Translations under genes and position numbers: made by a program
In this document: positions 9,013 to 15,387 of the stretch, in pieces
Layout: the number at the start of each line of letters is the position of its first letter
How positions within the stretch are numbered: position 1 is the first letter of the stretch
The notes under the pieces: generated by a model
Seen by the model: the letters and a program-made list of their open reading frames with translations, nothing else
What the model was told of the DNA's origin: nothing
The model's database searches: none
Source: Candidatus Parcubacteria bacterium
Lineage (GTDB): Bacteria; Patescibacteriota; Minisyncoccia; Phycocordibacterales; PALSA-1337
DNA length: 56,885 nucleotides
Direction of reading: 5' to 3'
Assembly: GCA_041158765.1 (NCBI GenBank)
Contig: JBEBAU010000021.1
Span: 1-56,885, forward strand

Positions 9013-9021
9013 TGCTATAAT
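9013..9021 (+). promoter_or_regulatory. extended -10 promoter element (TGcTATAAT) of gap, leaderless spacing
   Basis: TGCTATAAT ends 8 nt before the gap ATG (9030). No Shine-Dalgarno in between. Confidence 0.5.
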
Positions 9022-9029
9022 TTTACCAT

Positions 9030-10142
9030 ATGAACAAACATACAACTGTTGCCATTAATGGCTTCGGCCGAATCGGTCGCGCTTTTTTGAAAGTATCATT
9101 AGCAAATTCCGCTCTCAATGTTGTTGCCGTGAATGATCTCGGTGATATCAAGGATATGGCGTACTTGTTGAAATACGATACTGCATATGGTGTGAGCACG
9201 TTTGATGTGCAAGTGAAGCAGCCAACTTCGGGCGCCGCTGGTTCTGTTGTGTGGCCATCTCTAGTGATCAGTGGGTATGTATTTGATACACAGGGTGAAA
9301 AGGTTGCGGTGAATAAAGAGGTGATATTTGTGAGTGAAAAAGATCCGACGAAGTTGCCATGGAAATCTCTCAATGTTGATGTGGTTGTTGAATCTACCGG
9401 ACTTTTCACATCAAGTGAAAAAGCAATGGCGCATATTACTGCTGGTGCTAAGCGTGTTGTTGTTTCAGCTCCAATCAAGGATGAGCCGACTTCAACCGTG
9501 AAGGGTGCGACCTTGCTCATGGGAATGGACGAAGCAGCTGTGGTTGCAGGTTTCAAATCTTGTCCTATTTCATCTAATGCTTCTTGTACGACCAATGCTG
9601 GCAGTCCGCTTCTCGCAATTCTCGATGAAGCCATTGGAGTTGAAAAGGCCGTACTTAATACAGTGCATGGATACACTGCGAGCCAAGGTATTGTTGATGG
9701 CCCAAATAAGAAGGACTTCCGTGAAGGTCGAGCCGCTGCGCAGAATATCGTGCCATCTTCAACTGGTGCTGCAATTGCAGTGACCAAGGTTCTCAAGGGC
9801 CTCTCGGGACTTTTTGATGGAATATCTATTCGTGTGCCAGTTGTTGCGGGTTCGATTGTGGACATTACGTTCATCTCGAAGCGTGGCACTACTGCAGAAG
9901 AAGTGAATATTATTTTGAAACGCGCCGCCGCTCTCCCTCGTTGGAAGGGTATTTTCACTGTGACCGAAGAGCCACTCGTCTCTCACGATATCGTCGGTAA
10001 CCCTCACGCCTCAATCGCTGATCTCGCCATGACACGCGTCGTCGGCGGCAATCTCGTCAAAGTTCTTGGGTGGTATGATAATGAAATGGGGTATACGCAT
10101 ACGTTGGTGAGGCATGTAATCGAGGCGGGGAAACTAATATAA
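9030..10142 (+). CDS. gap: glyceraldehyde-3-phosphate dehydrogenase, type I
   Basis: INGFGRIGR Rossmann motif, catalytic SNASCTTN, and C-terminal WYDNEMGY. Confidence 0.95.
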   Translation: MNKHTTVAINGFGRIGRAFLKVSLANSALNVVAVNDLGDIKDMAYLLKYDTAYGVSTFDVQVKQPTSGAAGSVVWPSLVISGYVFDTQGEKVAVNKEVIFVSEKDPTKLPWKSLNVDVVVESTGLFTSSEKAMAHITAGAKRVVVSAPIKDEPTSTVKGATLLMGMDEAAVVAGFKSCPISSNASCTTNAGSPLLAILDEAIGVEKAVLNTVHGYTASQGIVDGPNKKDFREGRAAAQNIVPSSTGAAIAVTKVLKGLSGLFDGISIRVPVVAGSIVDITFISKRGTTAEEVNIILKRAAALPRWKGIFTVTEEPLVSHDIVGNPHASIADLAMTRVVGGNLVKVLGWYDNEMGYTHTLVRHVIEAGKLI

Positions 10143-10144
10143 TT

Positions 10145-10339
10145 ATGAAAAAAATTATTGTAGGCTTTGTAGTAATAATAGTGCTGCTGATAATATCAAG
10201 TTATATTGAAAGTTCTTACTGCCACAGTCTCAACAGATTGAATACTGTACCTCCATACGAATACAATAATTCAGTATTTTGTATGGCGAATTCATACCCC
10301 GCATTGATAGGATTATTGATTTATGGTTTGGTACGATAA
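10145..10339 (+). CDS. hypothetical small membrane protein (64 aa)
   Basis: AT-rich ORF starting 2 nt after the gap stop. N-terminal TM helix. Its 3' end runs out of frame into the duplicated gap fragment. Confidence 0.35.
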   Translation: MKKIIVGFVVIIVLLIISSYIESSYCHSLNRLNTVPPYEYNNSVFCMANSYPALIGLLIYGLVR

Positions 10340-10400
10340 TGAAGTAAGTTATATACGTGCTTTGGTGAGGCGTGTGATCGAGGCGGGAAAGTTGGTGTAA
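10329..10400 (+). pseudogene. displaced duplicate of the gap 3' end (WYDNEVSYIRALVRRVIEAGKLV*)
   Basis: 24 codons including the stop align codon-for-codon with gap 10071-10142 (WYDNEMGYTHTLVRHVIEAGKLI*). By hand count, 55/72 nt and 16/23 aa are identical. Confidence 0.8.
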
Positions 10401-10422
10401 CTATTATCATTAATAAAATATT

Positions 10423-10605
10423 ATGTGGAGAAAATTAACTAGTGTACAAAAGATCATTCTAAGCATAGCAGTTGTTTTCTTGTTTATTGGAGCATTGGCT
10501 GACTATATTACATTTATTCCAAAGCTCACATCAATTTTTTTGGCAGCAATTGGTTCAATTGCAATGTTTAGTTTTTGGGTCAATACAAAGGATACAAAAA
10601 AGTAA
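10423..10605 (+). CDS. hypothetical small membrane protein (60 aa, 2 TM)
   Basis: AT-rich ORF between the gap 3' duplicate and a possible third relic. Two hydrophobic helices. Confidence 0.35.
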   Translation: MWRKLTSVQKIILSIAVVFLFIGALADYITFIPKLTSIFLAAIGSIAMFSFWVNTKDTKK

Positions 10606-10624
10606 GCAGTAGGCTGTCACGGTG

Positions 10625-10657
10625 TGGCAATATGACGGGGTATACACAGAGCGTTAG
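10625..10657 (+). pseudogene. possible third, degenerate relic of the gap 3' end (WQYDGVYTER*)
   Basis: tggcaatatgacggggtatacacagagcgttag shares TGG, TATGA, the exact 9-mer GGGGTATAC and CGTT with gap 10071-10110, with indels. It is immediately followed by a strong terminator. Confidence 0.3.
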
Positions 10658-10670
10658 GCTTCAAAAAGAA

Positions 10671-10698
10671 AACGGCATCCTAGATGGGTGCCGTTTTT
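10671..10698 (+). terminator. intrinsic terminator
   Basis: AACGGCATCC-N4-GGGTGCCGTT followed by a T-run. Confidence 0.75.
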
Positions 10699-10737
10699 CA
10701 TTAGCGGTTTTAATTTACACATCATAATTTCGCATCA

Positions 10738-10766
10738 TTGACTTTTAAGCAAAACATTGGTATAAA
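10738..10766 (+). promoter_or_regulatory. sigma70-type promoter (TTGACT-17-TATAAA with TGg extension)
   Basis: TTGACT 10738-10743, a 17-nt spacer, then TATAAA 10761-10766. Gives a leader of about 80 nt with AAGGAG 7 nt before ATG 10851. Confidence 0.55.
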
Positions 10767-10850
10767 GTTCATAAATAGGCCTTTGTCAATTTTCAATTAA
10801 CAAAGGAGAACTTAGTCTCGGAAAACAAACAAAACTGAAGGAGAAAATAC

Positions 10851-11036
10851 ATGAAAATTGTATCTGCTGTTAAGCGGGCATGTAAGAGCCTGTGGCATAA
10901 TTTGCCCATGCTCACCATCGGTGGTGTAGCTGGTTGCGTGGTTGGCATCGCGATTGGCATGGTGATTGCTTACCACACCATTACCCATGAGGGTGTGATG
11001 GAGATCCTTGCCAAAATGTGGAGCGAATCGTTATGA
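10851..11036 (+). CDS. hypothetical small membrane protein (61 aa)
   Basis: Strong SD AAGGAG (10838-10843). One TM helix (LPMLTIGGVAGCVVGIAIGMVIAY). ATGA overlap with the next gene. Confidence 0.55.
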   Translation: MKIVSAVKRACKSLWHNLPMLTIGGVAGCVVGIAIGMVIAYHTITHEGVMEILAKMWSESL

Positions 11037-11782
11037 AAATGATTCTTACATTGGTCACTTCACTCGCTCTATTCCTCACTCCGTTCATTCAGGTCAAAGC
11101 GAGTGATATTCAAGTCAGTCAGACTGAAGAAAACACACAGCCTAAGCCAAACCTTCTTGCAGAATGCGGGTTGGCGGCTGTGGTCATCATTGTTGGCGGC
11201 ATTGTGATTATCAAAATGGTCCGTTTGTGTCAAAAGGTTCTTCCTCCGACACCTCCGCCGTCAACAAATAACGTTGCTTCGGTGACGATGAAGGCTAGTA
11301 ACGCCGAGAGTCTGCCTGAAACGGATATGTATGCCGCTCTGATCATTCTCGGGCGGGACAATTCATTTGGTGGCTCCGGTGTTTCTGGCACAATGGAAAT
11401 TCCATACACTACCGGCGTTTCAAACACTCCAGCTACGCTTGGTCAACCAAAATGGAATAACCCCTCAACAATGGTTTCGCAAGGATTGTTTGCGAGCCAG
11501 TTGGCTGAATATGGTCTAGGTTTCAGTCAAACGAGAACGAGCTATAGCTCAAACGCTATTCCTGTCACGGCACTCGATGCTATTCAATACACAAATGGAG
11601 TTCTTGTTGTTAAGGCGGGAAGTTCATCTGTTAGAACGACAAATGTGTTCGAGCGTTCAGTTGACATGGTCAATTGGACTCCAATTCTTACCAACATTGT
11701 AGTTGGCGGATCGGTTCAGGGGACAATAACTGACTCGACCATGTCTTCGGATACCGGTTTTTACCGGATAATCAGCAGGTGA
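11033..11782 (+). CDS. hypothetical secreted/membrane protein (249 aa)
   Basis: ATG 11033 overlaps the upstream stop (ATGA), with GGAG 9 nt upstream. Signal peptide MKMILTLVTSLALFLTPFIQVKA, a TM helix, and a PPTPPPS linker. C-terminal motif ...SVDMVNWTPILTN...GFYRIISR. Confidence 0.65.
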   Translation: MKMILTLVTSLALFLTPFIQVKASDIQVSQTEENTQPKPNLLAECGLAAVVIIVGGIVIIKMVRLCQKVLPPTPPPSTNNVASVTMKASNAESLPETDMYAALIILGRDNSFGGSGVSGTMEIPYTTGVSNTPATLGQPKWNNPSTMVSQGLFASQLAEYGLGFSQTRTSYSSNAIPVTALDAIQYTNGVLVVKAGSSSVRTTNVFERSVDMVNWTPILTNIVVGGSVQGTITDSTMSSDTGFYRIISR

Positions 11783-11798
11783 CTGGTCTCAGGTTGCG

Positions 11799-11834
11799 AT
11801 AGGCATCTCATACGAGGTGTCTATTTTATTTTTT
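11799..11834 (+). terminator. intrinsic terminator
   Basis: ATAGGCATCTC-ATAC-GAGGTGTCTAT (two G-T pairs) followed by TTTATTTTTT. Confidence 0.7.
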
Positions 11835-11951
11835 ATAGAGTTTAGATAATTAGTGTGTACAAATTTATCAAATCTTTATTACTTTTTTATAGAGATTTTA
11901 TTTCAATTTTGTATGATGGTGTTGTTAGTTTACGCTTTTGAACACACCAAT

Positions 11952-12308
11952 ATGCAGAATATACACAATCACCACATATTTGTGACACACGAAGACCTTC
12001 GGAGGTTGGAGTCGCGTATTGATGAGCGGTTTTGTGAGGTTGATGATAGATTCACTGAGCTGACCGAGATAATGATGTCGAATTTCGATCGTATACAAGC
12101 TGATTCTGATAAGATGTGGGCTCAGTTTGATAAGATTGACTCTAGGTTTGAAAAGATAGACTCGAAGTTCAAACAAGTAGATTCTCAATTCGAAAAAGTA
12201 TGGAGTAAGTTCGCCGCTATGGATAAACGTTTTGATCGAATAGAGAATACACTCGACCTTATTTTGAAACATTTCTCCATTACTGCTCAAAGTGGAACTG
12301 GTGGATAA
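11952..12308 (+). CDS. hypothetical coiled-coil protein with heptad F-x-K-[IV]-D-S-x repeats
   Basis: The ORF track starts at 11853. The ATG at 11952 (MQNIHNHH...) removes an implausible hydrophobic leader. Strong heptad periodicity. Confidence 0.5.
   Translation: MQNIHNHHIFVTHEDLRRLESRIDERFCEVDDRFTELTEIMMSNFDRIQADSDKMWAQFDKIDSRFEKIDSKFKQVDSQFEKVWSKFAAMDKRFDRIENTLDLILKHFSITAQSGTGG
12126..12251 (+). repeat. six tandem 21-nt (7-codon) repeats inside the coiled-coil gene
   Basis: FDKIDSR / FEKIDSK / FKQVDSQ / FEKVWSK / FAAMDKR / FDRIENT, read directly from the sequence. Confidence 0.8.
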
Positions 12309-12332
12309 TAGAGGACAATACCTGAGCAAAAG

Positions 12333-12341
12333 TGCTATAAT
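12333..12341 (+). promoter_or_regulatory. extended -10 element (TGcTATAAT) of rpiB, leaderless spacing
   Basis: Ends 6 nt before ATG 12348. No SD. Confidence 0.5.
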
Positions 12342-12347
12342 CACCAC

Positions 12348-12806
12348 ATGAAAAAGAGCAAAATACTAATAGCGAGCGATCATGCAGGCTTTGAACTCAA
12401 AAATATCCTCGGTATATATTTGAAAGAAAAAGGTTACGATGTTGAGGATATGGGTGCAGATAAGCTTGATTCCGAGGATGATTATCCTAAGATAATGGTG
12501 CCCGTAGCTACTCGTGTTCTCGCTGATCCACAAAATGTGCGAGCAATTATATTTGGCGGCTCAGGAAACGGTGAAGCCATGGTTAGTAATCGATTTCCAG
12601 AAGTGCGTGCCGCAGTATACTATGGTGGACCTCTCGAAATCGTGAAGCTTTCACGTGAGCACAATGATGCGAACATACTTTCACTCGGTGCACGTTTCAT
12701 TGATGAGAAAATCATGAAAGAAGCTGTAGATTTGTGGCTTACGACGCCATTTTCTGGAGAAGCGCGTCATGCACGACGTAATGAGCTCATTGATTCAATT
12801 GAATAA
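12348..12806 (+). CDS. rpiB: ribose-5-phosphate isomerase B
   Basis: RpiB/LacA/LacB family pattern: IASDHAGFELK, IIFGGSGNGEAMVSNRFPEVRAA. Confidence 0.9.
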   Translation: MKKSKILIASDHAGFELKNILGIYLKEKGYDVEDMGADKLDSEDDYPKIMVPVATRVLADPQNVRAIIFGGSGNGEAMVSNRFPEVRAAVYYGGPLEIVKLSREHNDANILSLGARFIDEKIMKEAVDLWLTTPFSGEARHARRNELIDSIE

Positions 12807-12812
12807 TTATTT

Positions 12813-13487
12813 ATGGAAATAATCCCCGCAATTTTGCCTCACGATTTCACTGATCTTGAAAATCGTATTAATCAAGTGAAAGGACTCGTACCTTTTGTTC
12901 AAGTGGACATTTGTGATGGGCGTTTTGTGCCGAGTTTCAGCTGGCCATACAAGAAGCACGATCATAATTTTGATGAAATTCTCAATGAAGAGCGTGGTTT
13001 GCCAGGTTGGGAAGATATTGATTATGAAATTGATCTCATGGTTTCAAACCCTGAAGAAGATATTCAGCGTTGGATGACAGCAGGTGCTGCGCGCATCGTT
13101 ATTCATATTGAATCCACAAATAATCTCGCAAAAGTTTTTGAACACGCAGGTGAACTCGTTGATATCGGTCTCGCAATTAATCTCAATACACCAATAGAGG
13201 CTCTCGATGAAGCTCTTGCAATTGGTGGCGAGCGAGTGAAATTCATTCAATGTATGGGTATTGGACGTATTGGTTTCCAAGGGCAGAATTTTGATGAACG
13301 AGTGTTTGAAAAGATCGCAGAAATCCGCACAAAGTATCCTACGATGCTTATTTCAGTTGATGGGGGCGTGAACGAAGACTCAGCTCCATTACTTATTGAT
13401 GCAGGCGTGAATCGCCTCATTGTTGGCTCAGCGATTTTTGAATCTGACAATATCCCTGAAGCAATCCACACATTTGAAAACATATAG
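12813..13487 (+). CDS. rpe: ribulose-phosphate 3-epimerase-like protein
   Basis: Divergent Rpe pattern: VQVDICDGRFVP, IDLMV, IHIE, ISVDGGV, VGSAIF. Operon context with rpiB and tkt. Confidence 0.75.
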   Translation: MEIIPAILPHDFTDLENRINQVKGLVPFVQVDICDGRFVPSFSWPYKKHDHNFDEILNEERGLPGWEDIDYEIDLMVSNPEEDIQRWMTAGAARIVIHIESTNNLAKVFEHAGELVDIGLAINLNTPIEALDEALAIGGERVKFIQCMGIGRIGFQGQNFDERVFEKIAEIRTKYPTMLISVDGGVNEDSAPLLIDAGVNRLIVGSAIFESDNIPEAIHTFENI

Positions 13488-13507
13488 GTGGTATAATAGA
13501 TATCAAC

Positions 13508-14371
13508 ATGGCTCTCACTGATCAAAAAATAAAAGAGCTCGAAGGGAAGGCGCTTGATATCCGCCGATCTATTATTGAGATGCTGATTGCAGCAAAATCT
13601 GGCCACACTGCCGGTGCACTCGATATGACTGACATTTTCACGTATCTCTATTTCACAAATTCAAAAACTGGTGCACACGGCCTCAATCACGATCCAAAGA
13701 ATCCAAACTGGACATATCGTGACAGACTCGTTCTTTCAAATGGGCATATCTGTCCTGTGTTGTATGCAACAATGGCGCACGCAGGATATTTCCCAGTAAG
13801 CGAGCTTAAGACACTTCGAAAATTCCGTTCACGACTCCAAGGCCATCCGCATCGAGAGTGGTTGCCAATGCTTGAAACTTCATCTGGTCCACTCGGTTCA
13901 GGACTTTCACAGACTGTTGGTATGGCAATTGCAGAGCGAATGGATACGGGGCGCACTGGTTCGAAACAGTTTTTTTGTATGCTCGGTGATGGTGAACTTG
14001 ATGAAGGTCAGAATTGGGAAGCAATTATGCTTGCTGCTCGTGAAAAGCTTGGCAACCTCACGGTGGTAGTTGATCGCAATAATATTCAAATTGATGGTTT
14101 CACCGAGGACATCATGCCGCTCAATCCTCTCGCAGACAAATGGCGTGCTTTCAATTGGCATGTTCAGGAAGTTGATGGGCATAATTTCAGTGCACTTGAT
14201 AATGCATTTGGACAAGCACGTGCTGTGACTGACAGACCATCTGTGATTCTTGCGTATACCATTTCATCAAAAGGCGTACCTGCTTTCGAAGGAAAATACG
14301 AATGGCATGGCAAACCCCCGACAACACCAGAGGAGATAGCAATCGCAAAAAAGTCTCTTGGTATGAAATAA
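13508..14371 (+). CDS. tkt: transketolase, N-terminal (TPP-binding) subunit
   Basis: GHTAGALDMTDIFTYLY, LSNGHICPVLYA and GDGELDEGQNWEA are typical of split transketolase subunit A. Confidence 0.9.
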   Translation: MALTDQKIKELEGKALDIRRSIIEMLIAAKSGHTAGALDMTDIFTYLYFTNSKTGAHGLNHDPKNPNWTYRDRLVLSNGHICPVLYATMAHAGYFPVSELKTLRKFRSRLQGHPHREWLPMLETSSGPLGSGLSQTVGMAIAERMDTGRTGSKQFFCMLGDGELDEGQNWEAIMLAAREKLGNLTVVVDRNNIQIDGFTEDIMPLNPLADKWRAFNWHVQEVDGHNFSALDNAFGQARAVTDRPSVILAYTISSKGVPAFEGKYEWHGKPPTTPEEIAIAKKSLGMK

Positions 14372-14382
14372 CTGTATATTTT

Positions 14383-15387
14383 ATGATAAACCCATTACAA
14401 AAACTCAATCCAAAACTTTTTGACACAGATGTCGAGCTTGTTGCGATACGAAAAGGTTTTGGTGAAGGCCTCCTCCAAGCGGCAATTCACGATTCTCGAG
14501 TCGTCGGCCTTTGCGCTGATCTTACCGAATCTACACATATGGATATTTTCAAGAAGCGATTCCCAGATCGTTTCATTGAAATGGGTGTTGCTGAACAAAA
14601 TCTCGCAAGCGTTGCAAGCGGTATTGCTGCAATGGGTAAAATTCCATTCATCACATCATATGCAATGTTTTCACCGGGTCGAAATTGGGAACAAATCCGT
14701 ACAACAATTGCATACAATGATAGACCAGTAAAAATTGCAGGTTCTCACGCGGGTATATCGGTCGGACCAGACGGAGGAACACACCAAGCAGTTGAAGACA
14801 TTGCAATCACTCGTGTAATCCCTCGAATGACGGTTATTTCTCCGTGTGATGCGATCGAAGCTCGCAAAGCAACTATTGCAGCATCTCAGACAAAAGATCC
14901 GACTTATATTCGTCTTGCTCGTAACAATACTCCAGTTATTACGACTGACGCTACGCCGTTTATTATTGGAAAAGCACAAATTGTGTTTGAACCAGCACAA
15001 AACAAGAAAGCTGACGTCGGAATCATCGCAACTGGAGCGCTTGTTTATAAGGCTCTCAAAGTTGCGCAAGCCTTTGAAAAAGAGGGTAAATCTGTTAAGG
15101 TAATCAATCTGGCAACCATAAAGCCCCTTGATGAAGAAGCGGTGTGGAAAATGGCTCAAGAGAGCGGTGCTTTGGTCACGGTAGAGGAGCACCAGATTGC
15201 TGGAGGAATGGGTTCAGCTGTAGCTGAGTGTATCGCTCAACATCAGCCAGTACCGATTGAATTTGTTGGTGTCCGTGATCAATTTGGTCAGTCTGGAACA
15301 CCCGAAGAGCTTCTTGAACATTACGGCCTAGGCGAATCACATATAAAGGCAGCAGTTGCTCGAGTGTTATTGCGCAAGAATGCATGA
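14383..15387 (+). CDS. tkt: transketolase, C-terminal (pyrimidine-binding) subunit
   Basis: The ATG at 14383 removes an out-of-context overlap with the upstream subunit. FIEMGVAEQNLASVASGIA and GGTHQAVEDIA motifs. Confidence 0.9.
   Translation: MINPLQKLNPKLFDTDVELVAIRKGFGEGLLQAAIHDSRVVGLCADLTESTHMDIFKKRFPDRFIEMGVAEQNLASVASGIAAMGKIPFITSYAMFSPGRNWEQIRTTIAYNDRPVKIAGSHAGISVGPDGGTHQAVEDIAITRVIPRMTVISPCDAIEARKATIAASQTKDPTYIRLARNNTPVITTDATPFIIGKAQIVFEPAQNKKADVGIIATGALVYKALKVAQAFEKEGKSVKVINLATIKPLDEEAVWKMAQESGALVTVEEHQIAGGMGSAVAECIAQHQPVPIEFVGVRDQFGQSGTPEELLEHYGLGESHIKAAVARVLLRKNA

Noticed and set aside
9023-9958. 311-aa ORF antisense to gap, and similar long antisense or shadow ORFs (e.g. 14671-15192, 23867-24265, 26872-27321, 42459-42878).
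   Set aside because: They lie entirely inside well-supported conserved genes on the opposite strand and have low-complexity, unrecognisable products. These are typical shadow frames.
14302-14382. Longer start for transketolase subunit B that overlaps subunit A by 70 nt.
   Set aside because: The extension (MAWQTPDNTRGDSNRKKVSWYEITVYF) is simply the out-of-frame translation of the end of subunit A. The conserved protein begins at ATG 14383.
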